Assembly (NCBI GenBank): GCA_040256005.1
Contig: JBDZWC010000012.1
Span: 1-36,815, forward strand
Direction of reading: 5' to 3'
From: Deinococcaceae bacterium
GTDB taxonomy: Bacteria; Deinococcota; Deinococci; Deinococcales; Trueperaceae
DNA: 36,815 nt
How positions within the stretch are numbered: the stretch's first letter is position 1; every line of letters starts with the position of its first letter. The notes under the pieces are model-generated. The model saw only the letters and a program-made list of their open reading frames with translations, made no database searches and had not been told where the DNA came from. Below, in pieces: positions 17,621-26,439 of the stretch. Both the position numbers and the translations under genes were made by a program.

Positions 17621-18480
17621 GCGCCGTCGCCCTGCCAGCCCGCACTGGTTCCTCTCGGCGCGGTCTCAAGACGTTCCGGCGCCCACCCGTGGCCTTCGGC
17701 GGGGCAGTCCTGTTGCTGGTGTTGACCATGGCACTCATGGCTCCGTACATCACGACATCTGGTCCCAACGACCTCGACATCCTCGGCAGGTTGGCGCCGC
17801 CGACCGCGGCCCACCCGATGGGCACCGACGACCTCGGCAGGGACGTGTGGTCGCGGGTGGCTTTCGGGGCCAGGTTGTCCCTGACAGTAGGTTTCGCCAC
17901 CGCGTTGCTAAGTGCAGCGCTCGGTACGCTCGTGGCCCTCGTCGCCGGCTTCTACCGGTGGCTCGACGAGATCGTGATGCGCGTGCTGGACGGTTTGATG
18001 GCGCTTCCCGGCGTGCTACTGGCCATCGCGATCATGGCGGCGGTGGGCCCGAAGGTGAGCAACATCGTCCTGGCGCTCACCCTGGTCTACCTACCGCGCT
18101 GCGCCAGGGTGGCCAGGTCTGCCGTACTCGTCGTGCGGGAGCACGTCTACGTGGAGGCAGCCAGCGCCCTCGGCGCGGCGGACCGGGCGATCATGTGGCG
18201 CCACATACTGCCGGGAACGCTGACCCCGGTCATCGTTCAGGCCACCTACGTGTTCGCCACGGCCGTGCTGCTGGAGGCGTCGCTCTCGTTCCTCGGGGCG
18301 GGCGCGCCGCCGAACGTTCCTAGTTGGGGCGTCATGTTGGCGGAGGGCCGACTGCTGATGCGCCAGGCCCCCTGGATGACGATCTTCCCCGGTGCGGTGC
18401 TGTCGTTGACGGTACTGGCCGTGAACATGATCGGCGACGGGTTACGAGACGCGATGGACCCGCGCCTGCGGAGGGGATGA
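17617..18480 (+). CDS. Peptide/nickel ABC permease (DppC-like)
   Basis: HPMGTDDLGRD, YVEAASALGA, EASLSFLG and GDGLRDAMDP; GTGA overlap with the upstream stop. Confidence 0.92.
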   Translation: MSAVALPARTGSSRRGLKTFRRPPVAFGGAVLLLVLTMALMAPYITTSGPNDLDILGRLAPPTAAHPMGTDDLGRDVWSRVAFGARLSLTVGFATALLSAALGTLVALVAGFYRWLDEIVMRVLDGLMALPGVLLAIAIMAAVGPKVSNIVLALTLVYLPRCARVARSAVLVVREHVYVEAASALGAADRAIMWRHILPGTLTPVIVQATYVFATAVLLEASLSFLGAGAPPNVPSWGVMLAEGRLLMRQAPWMTIFPGAVLSLTVLAVNMIGDGLRDAMDPRLRRG

Positions 18481-18481
18481 A

Positions 18482-19696
18482 GTGGAGAGCGGAGTACCGC
18501 CAGGGGCCGATTCGCCGCTGGCCGGGGTTCGGATCCTGGCAGTCGAGCAGTACGGAGCCGGCCCGTTCGCGACGATGGTCCTCGCGGACCTCGGCGCCGA
18601 GGTCATCAAGATCGAACCGCCGGACGGTGGGGACATCGGGCGCCGCGTACCGCCATGGACCGTGGACGACGACAGCCTCTTCTTCCAGAGCCTGAACAGG
18701 GGCAAGAAGAGCGTCGCGATCGACCTGAAACACCCGGACGGCAAGGCCCTCTTCGGCCGCCTGGTGGCGCGATCCGACGTGGTGTTCTCGAACGCTCGGG
18801 GCACCTCACCGGAGCGACTCGGCATCACCTACGAGCAACTCAAACGCCACAACCCTGCCGTCGTGTGCGCGTTCCTCACCGGGTTCGGTCGGAGGGGCCC
18901 GCGCGCAGACCAGCCGGCGTACGACTACATAGTGCAGGCCATGTCCGGCATGGCAGCCATGGGAGGTGAGCCCGACGGACCGCCTGTGCGGGCGGGCGTG
19001 AGTGTCGTCGACTTCTCTGCCGGCCTGGCTGCCGCTGTCGCCATGCTGGCCGGCCTGCACCGGGCGCGCGCCACCGGCCGGGGGTGCGACATAGACACGA
19101 GCCTCTTCGCGACCGCCCTGAACCTGACGAACTACCTGGCGAGCTGGACAATGACGCGCGGCTACCACCCTCGGCGACAGCCGCGAGGAGCCCATCCATC
19201 GATCGTGCCGTCGCAGTTGTTCGAGACCGCCGACGGCTGGGTCATGGTCATGTGCCAGACGGACGCGTTCTTCCATGAGCTGGTGCAGCGCATGGACCTT
19301 AGTGACGTCGCAGCGGACGCACGCTTCGCGGACATGGCCGGTCGGCTGAAGCACAAGGACGAACTGCTGACGCGGCTGGAGCGAGAGTTCAAGCAGCACA
19401 ACGTCGCCGACTGGTTGGCCCGGCTCGAGGGCGGCGTGCCCGTTGCGCCGGTCAACGACCTGGTGCAAGCGTTGGCCGACCCGCAGGTGGACGCTCTAGG
19501 CCTGATCGTCGAGTACGACCACCCCGAGTTCGGTCGAGTCAAGCAGGTGGCGGGCCCGGTTCAGACGTTCGGCGAGCGCGCGGACCCGCTACCTGGTCCC
19601 GCGTTGGGAGCGGACACGTCGGACCTGCTGCGCGGCCTGGCGGGCGTCTCGGAAGCCGAGCTTCAAGAGTTGCTGAGTCGGGGGGTAGTGGCGTGA
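18482..19696 (+). CDS. Class III CoA-transferase (CaiB/BaiF family)
   Basis: PLAGVRIL..AGPFATMVLADLGAEVIKIEPP, NRGKKS and the catalytic Asp in VVDFSAG. Confidence 0.92.
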   Translation: MESGVPPGADSPLAGVRILAVEQYGAGPFATMVLADLGAEVIKIEPPDGGDIGRRVPPWTVDDDSLFFQSLNRGKKSVAIDLKHPDGKALFGRLVARSDVVFSNARGTSPERLGITYEQLKRHNPAVVCAFLTGFGRRGPRADQPAYDYIVQAMSGMAAMGGEPDGPPVRAGVSVVDFSAGLAAAVAMLAGLHRARATGRGCDIDTSLFATALNLTNYLASWTMTRGYHPRRQPRGAHPSIVPSQLFETADGWVMVMCQTDAFFHELVQRMDLSDVAADARFADMAGRLKHKDELLTRLEREFKQHNVADWLARLEGGVPVAPVNDLVQALADPQVDALGLIVEYDHPEFGRVKQVAGPVQTFGERADPLPGPALGADTSDLLRGLAGVSEAELQELLSRGVVA

Positions 19697-19754
19697 GCGC
19701 TGCCACTGGCTCCGGGCGGCATGGAGGTGTACTGCACGTGAGAGGTGAGGTCTG

Positions 19755-21365
19755 TTGAGAGGGATCGTGGTGGCGCCCCAGCCTGCGGCAGTGGAGCTGG
19801 GCGCGAAGGTGATGGAGGACGGCGGCAACGCGTTCGACGCTGCGATCGCCGCTGGGTTCGTGCAGATGGTCTCGGACCCGTTCATGTGCGGTCTGGGCGG
19901 CTGGGGATCTGCGACCGTCTACCAGGCGAACACGGGGACCTTCGAGCACATAGGTTTCTGGCCGCGCATAGGGTCGAAGATGCGTCCGGACATCTGGGTC
20001 GACGACGTCAAGGGCTTCACCGACCTGTGGCGCTTCCCGTTGTTCGACGATCACCGGGCGCTGCGCGGCTACACCTCGATCATGACGCCGGGCACGGTCG
20101 CCGGCTTCGGCGAACTGCATCGTCGCTATGCCTCACGAGACTGGGCCTCGTTGCTTCAACCGAGCATCGACATGTCGCGCGAGGGCTACCTTGTGCCCGA
20201 GTACGTGGCCGAGCACGTTCGCAAGCCCATGCTGCCTGAGCTGCCGCATCCGCGCGAGAAGTACGCCGTCAACGACGCGGCCCGTGCCCTGTTCCATGGG
20301 CCCACCGGCAACATGCTCGAGACCGGCCATCCCTACCGCAACCCTGACCAGGCGCGGTCGCTCGAGCGCCTCGCCGCCAGCGGCCCCGACGAGTTCTACA
20401 CGGGTGACCTGGCCGAGGAGATCATCGCCGACTTCGAGGCCAACGGGGCCTTCGTGACCCGAGAAGACCTCGCCGCTTACCGGCCGGTGGTCGAACCGCC
20501 ATTGAGGACGACCTACCGAGGCTTCGAGGTGGTCAGCTCGGCCGTACCAGGCGGCGGCCTACTGACGCTCCAGATCCTCAACGTGCTGGAGCAGTTCGAC
20601 ATCGCTGCCTTGGAGCACAGCGGCCCCGACCATGGGTTCATCGTGGCGGCGGCGTTGGCCTGGGCGGGCGTCACGCGTGGCAACCACCTCGCTGACCCCG
20701 CTTTCGCCGACGTGCCGACCGAGCGCCTCCTGTCCAAGGAGTACGCGGCAGAGATCGCAGACAAGATCCGCCGCGGCGAACTTCCTGACCGCAAGAAGCT
20801 AAACAAGCCCGGCTTCACGACGCACATCTCGGTGATGGACGAGGCCGGCAACTGCGTCTCGATAACCCACACCCTCACGACCTGCGCCGGCATCGTCGTG
20901 CCAGGGACCGGCTTCACCTGGAACAACTGCGTGTCGCTCATGGACCCTATCCCCGGCCGGCCGAACTCGTACGAGCCCGGCAAAGCCAGGGCCAGCGCCA
21001 TCTCGCCTTCCGTGATCATGAAGGACGGGTCTCCATGGGCCGTGGTGGGCGCGCCGGGCGGCTGGTCCATCTCCTCGGCCGTGTCGCAGGCCATGAGCAA
21101 CCTGATCGACTTCGGCATGACGCCGGTCGAGGCCGTGAGTGCACCGCGTTTCCACTCGGAGGGTGACCCCGTGTACTGCGAGCTGCGGGTCCCGCAGCGG
21201 ACGGTGGAGGCTATGCGTGCGAAGGGCATGAACGTCGAGCAGTCGCTACGCAACTACGAGCGCACGTTCGCGAAGGTCCAGGTGGCGTTGCGAGACGGGG
21301 CCGGCTTCAAAGGCGGATCGGACCCCCGTAAGGACGGCGGTTCCGTGGCCGTGGCTCGCTCGTAG
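19755..21365 (+). CDS. Gamma-glutamyltransferase-fold Ntn amidohydrolase, cytoplasmic, with a non-canonical acyl pocket
   Basis: GGNAFDAAIA, TPGTVAG, nucleophile motif TTHISVMD, GAPGG and SDPRKDG; no signal peptide. Confidence 0.88.
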   Translation: MRGIVVAPQPAAVELGAKVMEDGGNAFDAAIAAGFVQMVSDPFMCGLGGWGSATVYQANTGTFEHIGFWPRIGSKMRPDIWVDDVKGFTDLWRFPLFDDHRALRGYTSIMTPGTVAGFGELHRRYASRDWASLLQPSIDMSREGYLVPEYVAEHVRKPMLPELPHPREKYAVNDAARALFHGPTGNMLETGHPYRNPDQARSLERLAASGPDEFYTGDLAEEIIADFEANGAFVTREDLAAYRPVVEPPLRTTYRGFEVVSSAVPGGGLLTLQILNVLEQFDIAALEHSGPDHGFIVAAALAWAGVTRGNHLADPAFADVPTERLLSKEYAAEIADKIRRGELPDRKKLNKPGFTTHISVMDEAGNCVSITHTLTTCAGIVVPGTGFTWNNCVSLMDPIPGRPNSYEPGKARASAISPSVIMKDGSPWAVVGAPGGWSISSAVSQAMSNLIDFGMTPVEAVSAPRFHSEGDPVYCELRVPQRTVEAMRAKGMNVEQSLRNYERTFAKVQVALRDGAGFKGGSDPRKDGGSVAVARS

Positions 21366-21407
21366 AACGCGGTTGGGTCGGCATCGTGAACGGTTGGGGG
21401 TAGACAG

Positions 21408-22325
21408 GTGACGGACAAGCGCGGCGAACGGTTGCGGTGGGCGCGCAGCTGGCTCTTCGTGCCGGGCGGCGCCGATCGGTTCGTCGCCAAGCTCGCACAG
21501 GTGCGCCCGGGGGCGGCGATCCTCGACCTGGAAGACGGCTTGGCCGTCACGGACCTGATCGCCGGCCGGGTACGTGTCTCAGACCTCCTGTCCGCTGACG
21601 GCCCGCCGCAGCCGGTCCCGCTGGCTGTCCGCTGCCATGCGGTGGGTCACCCCGCGTTCGAAGCGGACCTACGGTGCCTGGGCCCGCGGCTCGCGGCGCT
21701 GTTCGTACCCAAGGTCGGTGACGCTTCCGAGGTGCGGGAGGTGGCGGATCGCCTCGCGGACGCCGGCTTCGCGCACGTGCCACTGGTCGCGATCATCGAG
21801 TCCGCTATAGGAGTGGAGCGGGCCTTCGATATCCTGGGTGCCCATCCGACAGTGATGGGCGCTGCCTTCGGCGGCGAAGACTTCGCCGCCGACCTGGGGC
21901 TGCCGCCCGAACTAGCACTGCGCGGCGCCCGCGATGGTTCAGTCGACGGGGAAAGCGCACACGGCAAGCGCGTGGTGCTGAACAACGCCCGCGCTCGGCT
22001 CGTCACGGCAGCTGCGGCCAGGGGACTGCGATGGGTGATCGACACGCCTTCGCTGGCCCTGGACGACGTGCGGGCGGCCGAAGAGGGAGCGCGCCGCTCA
22101 CGTTCGATGGGGTTCACCGGCAAGTTCGCGATTCACCCGGCGCAGGTGGCGTCTATCGAAAGTGGCTTCACGCCTTCCGACGCAGAGGTGGCGTGGGCCA
22201 GGACCGTACTGTCGGGCAGAGCGTCAGCGGCGGGCGCCACGAGGGGCGGCACGTCCGGGGACACCATGGTAGACGAGGCCGTCCTGCGGCAGGCGCGGTT
22301 GGTGTTGGAGGACATGGAAGGCTAG
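21408..22325 (+). CDS. CitE/RipC-like CoA-thioester lyase (HpcH/HpaI aldolase-citrate lyase family)
   Basis: RSWLFVPG, LDLEDG, IIES, FGGEDF, GKFAIHPAQV and MVDEAV. Confidence 0.88.
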   Translation: MTDKRGERLRWARSWLFVPGGADRFVAKLAQVRPGAAILDLEDGLAVTDLIAGRVRVSDLLSADGPPQPVPLAVRCHAVGHPAFEADLRCLGPRLAALFVPKVGDASEVREVADRLADAGFAHVPLVAIIESAIGVERAFDILGAHPTVMGAAFGGEDFAADLGLPPELALRGARDGSVDGESAHGKRVVLNNARARLVTAAAARGLRWVIDTPSLALDDVRAAEEGARRSRSMGFTGKFAIHPAQVASIESGFTPSDAEVAWARTVLSGRASAAGATRGGTSGDTMVDEAVLRQARLVLEDMEG

Positions 22326-22386
22326 CGTCTCTCGCTGTACGGCGCACAGGAAGTACCAGATCCTCGGATCTGTTGGACTGCGGGGC

Positions 22387-22415
22387 TTGACAGCCTTTCG
22401 CGTCAGCCCTACACT
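22387..22415 (+). promoter_or_regulatory. Near-consensus sigma70 promoter of the sugar operon
   Basis: TTGACA-N17-TACACT. Confidence 0.8.
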
Positions 22416-22428
22416 CCGCTCACATAGT

Positions 22429-22447
22429 TAGTAAAACTTATTTACTA
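22429..22447. promoter_or_regulatory. Putative ROK-family operator
   Basis: AT-rich palindrome TAGTAAA-N5-TTTACTA just downstream of the predicted TSS; a ROK repressor is encoded in the same operon. Confidence 0.7.
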
Positions 22448-22606
22448 GCCAAAGGAGGCCCAAGCGAAGAGGCCCGGGCTAGGTGCAGGAGGTGAGCCTG
22501 ACCCCGTAACGTCGACGAACCGTCGCCCGCGAGCGCTGGCACACCTCACGTGCTGCGGGCCGAAGCGGCGCCCCGAAGTCCGGGACGGCCGACAGTTGGA
22601 GGGAAG

Positions 22607-23848
22607 ATGAAGAGAAGGCTCCTGCTAGCCGCCTGCGCGCTCGCGCTGGCCGCGCTCATGTCCATGGCCACGGCGCAGCGCACGCTCGAGATCTACATCA
22701 CCGGCCTCACCGAAGACACCATGAACTGGTTCCAACAGGAGGCGTTCCCCGCCTTCCAGGAGCAGCATCCCGACGTGCAGCTCGAGATCCTCACCGGCGG
22801 CTGGGGCGACTTCGACGCCGCCGTGGCCGGCTGGATCACGACGGGTTCCGGCCCGGACATCGTCTACCTGGGCTCCGAGTATGCGGCTCAGTACGGCCCC
22901 CTGCTCGCTAACCTCGACCCGTACCTCGCCGACTGGGACGGCCTCGATGCGTTCCTCCCCGCGGCGCTCGACGTGGCGACGTACGACGGACACCTGGTGG
23001 GCATGCCCCTGCTGATGAGCCCGCGGCCCGTCTTCTTCCGAACGGACCTGGCGGCTGACGCATCGGCGATCCCACCGCTCACGTTCGAAGACTCGCTGGC
23101 GTTCGTGCAGGCCAACTCGGCCGTCGCAGACAACGCCATGACGCAGATGGGCTTCATGGACATCGGCTCGGCCCTCTTCGACGCCCAGGAGTTCATCGGC
23201 TACATCTGGAGCGCGGGCGGCGAGCTGTACCACGAGGACGGCAGCAGCGCGTTCGACAGCCCCGAGACCGCCGAGGCCCTCAAGTTCATGTACGACAGGC
23301 GCCGCGCCGTCATGCCGTCCGAGATGACGGCGGGCCTGCCGCCCATCGAGGGTTCGCCTATCGCATCCAACCTCGTCGTCAGCGGCATCTTCCCGATGTG
23401 GAACATGCCCCCGACGAGCGACCCACTGTGGGAGAACATCGCGATCGGCCCGTACCCCGCCGGCTCCAACGGCGAGCCGCTCATCCAGGTGTTCACCGAC
23501 TGGCTCTCCGTCCCCGCCTACGTCGAGGACCCTGAGCTCGCCACCGAGTTCCTGAAGTTCATCACCAGCCGCGAGAACGCGATCACGCTCAGCCAGGTCG
23601 CCGGCTTCACGCCGACGCGCACCGACGCGTGGGACGAGCTGCGTGCCGACCCGGTCTGGGACCGCATGCTCGACATGGCCGTCGAGTACGGCAGAGCGTT
23701 CTCCGACATCCGCGCCAGCGCGGAGCTGCGGCCGCTGATCGTCGAGCAGGTCATGCTGTACCTGACCGACCAGCAGAGCCTCGAGGACACGCAGACCTTC
23801 CTCAAGGAGGAGTACGACGCGATCCTCGAGGACATGGGTTACCTCTGA
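22607..23848 (+). CDS. Carbohydrate ABC transporter substrate-binding protein (family 1)
   Basis: Signal MKRRLLLAAC...ATAQ; FQEQHPDV, GPDIV, YDGHLVGMP and FFRTDL; GGAGGG SD. Confidence 0.88.
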   Translation: MKRRLLLAACALALAALMSMATAQRTLEIYITGLTEDTMNWFQQEAFPAFQEQHPDVQLEILTGGWGDFDAAVAGWITTGSGPDIVYLGSEYAAQYGPLLANLDPYLADWDGLDAFLPAALDVATYDGHLVGMPLLMSPRPVFFRTDLAADASAIPPLTFEDSLAFVQANSAVADNAMTQMGFMDIGSALFDAQEFIGYIWSAGGELYHEDGSSAFDSPETAEALKFMYDRRRAVMPSEMTAGLPPIEGSPIASNLVVSGIFPMWNMPPTSDPLWENIAIGPYPAGSNGEPLIQVFTDWLSVPAYVEDPELATEFLKFITSRENAITLSQVAGFTPTRTDAWDELRADPVWDRMLDMAVEYGRAFSDIRASAELRPLIVEQVMLYLTDQQSLEDTQTFLKEEYDAILEDMGYL

Positions 23849-23860
23849 CCCACTGAGAGG

Positions 23861-23906
23861 CTGGCGGTCGCCGAAAAGCCCGTGGGGGCGGGCCGGCGAC
23901 CGCCAG
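23861..23906 (+). terminator. Hairpin after the sugar binding-protein gene
   Basis: Perfect 13-bp stem CTGGCGGTCGCCG/CGGCGACCGCCAG. Confidence 0.55.
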
Positions 23907-23949
23907 ACGTCCCTCGAGCAACTGCTGATCGGGCGCTGGGAAGGACGAG

Positions 23950-25605
23950 ATGGACGCGGCCGTCGCTGCCAGGCTTCACAACCTCTACTGGTCGGTCGGC
24001 ACGGTCGCGTTCATCGTCGTCGGCAGCGCAGGCGTCGGTTACCTGGCCCGGCTCATCGCCAGCGTCAGAGGCGCCAGCGCCACACTCCAGCGCCGGACCT
24101 TCTGGGGCTACGCGATGGCGTCGCCCTGGATCCTCGGCTTCGTGATCTTCGTGTTGGGCCCTTCCCTGGCTTCGCTCTACTACTCGTTCACCGACTACCG
24201 GCTGGGACGACCGCTGGAATGGATCGGCCTGGAGAACTACCAGACCCTTCTGGCGGGTGCCGGGGCCCACGGCAGGCGGTTCATGCAGGCGATGGCGAAC
24301 TCGTTCTACTACGCCGTCGTGGGCGTGCCGCTGCAGATCGTGACGGCGCTGCTGATGGCCATGCTGTTGTCGCGGCCGCTCCCCGGCATGAGCGTCTTCC
24401 GCCTCATCTTCTACGTACCGGTGATCCTGGCCGGCGGCCCCGCGATCCTGCTCGCCTGGCGCTACATGCTGGCCAGCAACGGCGGCTTCGTGAACGTGAG
24501 CCTGCAGTCCGCCGCGCAGGCCATACCCTTCTTCGACACCATCTATCGCGGCTTCATCTATCTGACCGAGTCGTTCAACGCCTTCTACGCCGCCGCCTCC
24601 CGCGGCGATCCCGTAGGACCACTCATGTACGTGTTCCCGGCTGGGCTGTTGGCCGGGATCTCCCTGGCGTTCGCGCTGCTGCCCAGGGACGGGGCGCGGC
24701 GGATGGCGCGCACGGTCCTCGAGATCACGGCCGGCGTGCTCGGCGTGGTCGTGCTGCGGCTGGCCATCATCGGCGAGCTGGGCAGGCTCTCGCCTCTGAA
24801 GCTGGGCTGGGAGAGGCTGCGCACCTGGTTCGAGCTGGCCACGTTCCGCTCCTCCCTGCGCGCGCCAGGTGACCTCGACTACCTGACCAACGGCTTCTTG
24901 CAGCACGCGCCTTCTCCGTTGTGGCTGCTGTTCGTGCTGGCGCTCGTGGCCGCCCTCGTGGCGGGTGGCCGGCCTAGATCAGGCTGGTCTCGCTGGGTGC
25001 CCGGGGTGGTGGCGGCCGTGGCTGCCCTGCTGTTCGTGGGCGCCTCTCTCGACGGCGCCGCGTACTTCCGTGCGTTCGACGTGGCCGCCGCCGACACCGG
25101 CCAGGTGCACCACCACTTCGCGCTGTTCAGGCAGGTCAGCGCCAGCTGGCCCGGCCCCAACCGGGTGCCGCTGTGGCTGTCCAACGAGCTGTGGTCGAAG
25201 CCGTCGCTGGTGCTCATCACCGTCTGGAGCAGCGGCGCGGCCATGCTCATCTTCCTGGCAGCGCTCAAGGGCGTTCCACGGGTGCTCTACGAGGCGGCCG
25301 AGGTGGACGGCGCCGGAGCCTGGCAGCGGTTCTGGCGCGTCACGCTCCCACTCATCACGCCGGCGCTCTTCTACAACGTCGTGATCGGCCTCATCGCCGC
25401 CCTGCAGACGTTCGAGGCCGTCTACCTCATCCAGACGACACAGACGGAGCAGAGCCTGGCTTCGGCGGCCTACTTCCTCTTCGTGCGGACGTTCAACCAG
25501 CTCGAGATCGGGCAGGGCGCTGCGGCGAGCTGGATCCTCGCCGTCATCATCGTGCTGCTAACGGCCGCACAGTTCCGCTACAGCCGATGGGTGCACTACG
25601 GATGA
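23950..25605 (+). CDS. Carbohydrate ABC permease (MalF/UgpA-like) with a large membrane insertion
   Basis: SPWILGF, SFTDY, IGLENY, FRLIFYVP and the EAA loop YEAAEVDGA; 551 aa. Confidence 0.88.
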   Translation: MDAAVAARLHNLYWSVGTVAFIVVGSAGVGYLARLIASVRGASATLQRRTFWGYAMASPWILGFVIFVLGPSLASLYYSFTDYRLGRPLEWIGLENYQTLLAGAGAHGRRFMQAMANSFYYAVVGVPLQIVTALLMAMLLSRPLPGMSVFRLIFYVPVILAGGPAILLAWRYMLASNGGFVNVSLQSAAQAIPFFDTIYRGFIYLTESFNAFYAAASRGDPVGPLMYVFPAGLLAGISLAFALLPRDGARRMARTVLEITAGVLGVVVLRLAIIGELGRLSPLKLGWERLRTWFELATFRSSLRAPGDLDYLTNGFLQHAPSPLWLLFVLALVAALVAGGRPRSGWSRWVPGVVAAVAALLFVGASLDGAAYFRAFDVAAADTGQVHHHFALFRQVSASWPGPNRVPLWLSNELWSKPSLVLITVWSSGAAMLIFLAALKGVPRVLYEAAEVDGAGAWQRFWRVTLPLITPALFYNVVIGLIAALQTFEAVYLIQTTQTEQSLASAAYFLFVRTFNQLEIGQGAAASWILAVIIVLLTAAQFRYSRWVHYG

Positions 25606-26435
25606 GACGCGGCCTCGGCACCATCCTCCTCTACCTCGTCCTCCTGTGCGCGGCGGCCTTCTTCCTGTTCCCCATGGCGTGGATGACCGGCACCTCGCTC
25701 AAGACGGTGGAGCAGGTCCAGCAACCGCAGCTGTCGTTGATCCCCGAGGACCCCCAGTGGTCCAACTACACTGACCTGGTCGCCGAGAAGAACTTCTTCA
25801 GGGCCTACGGCAACAGCATCTTCATCACGATCGTGGTGCTGCTGGGCACCGTGTCCAGCCTGGCGGTCGTGGCCTTCGCGTTCTCCCGCCTGCGGTGGCC
25901 GGGCCGCAACGTCGTCTTCGCGATCATGCTCGGCACCCTCATGCTGCCGGTGCAGGCGACGCTCGTGCCCCAGTACGTGATGTTCTTCGAGCTGGGCTGG
26001 CTGCGGACGTTCAACCCGATCACGCTGCCCGGCTTCTTCGCGGGCGGGGCGGCCCTCGTGTTCCTGCTGAGGCAGTTCATGATGACGCTGCCCACCGAGC
26101 TGGACGAAGCCGCCGAGATCGACGGCGCCAACCCCCTGCAGCTGTTCTGGCACGTGGTCCTGCCGCTGTCCCGCCCGGCCGTGGCGACGGTGACCGTCTT
26201 CCTGTTCGTGGCCCAGTGGAACAACCTGGTCCAGCCGCTCCTCTACCTGCAGAAGGCCGAGCTCTTCACCATGCCGATCTACGTGGCCCAGAAACACAAC
26301 CTGCAGGAGTCGCCCATCCCCTGGCAGGACATCATGGCCGCCAGCGTCCTGTTCGTGATCCCGGTCCTCGTCGTGTTCCTGCTCACCCAGCGCTACTTCG
26401 TCGAGGGCATCACCCTCACGGGATCGAAGGGCTAG
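25602..26435 (+). CDS. Carbohydrate ABC permease (MalG/UgpE-like)
   Basis: WSNY, LDEAAEIDGA, QWNN and QRYFVEGI; ATGA overlap. Confidence 0.92.
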   Translation: MRRGLGTILLYLVLLCAAAFFLFPMAWMTGTSLKTVEQVQQPQLSLIPEDPQWSNYTDLVAEKNFFRAYGNSIFITIVVLLGTVSSLAVVAFAFSRLRWPGRNVVFAIMLGTLMLPVQATLVPQYVMFFELGWLRTFNPITLPGFFAGGAALVFLLRQFMMTLPTELDEAAEIDGANPLQLFWHVVLPLSRPAVATVTVFLFVAQWNNLVQPLLYLQKAELFTMPIYVAQKHNLQESPIPWQDIMAASVLFVIPVLVVFLLTQRYFVEGITLTGSKG

Positions 26436-26439
26436 CGGC

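Noticed and set aside
22607..26435. Missing ATPase in the sugar ABC operon
   Set aside because: Shared MsiK/MalK-type ATPases are ordinary for CUT1 transporters.
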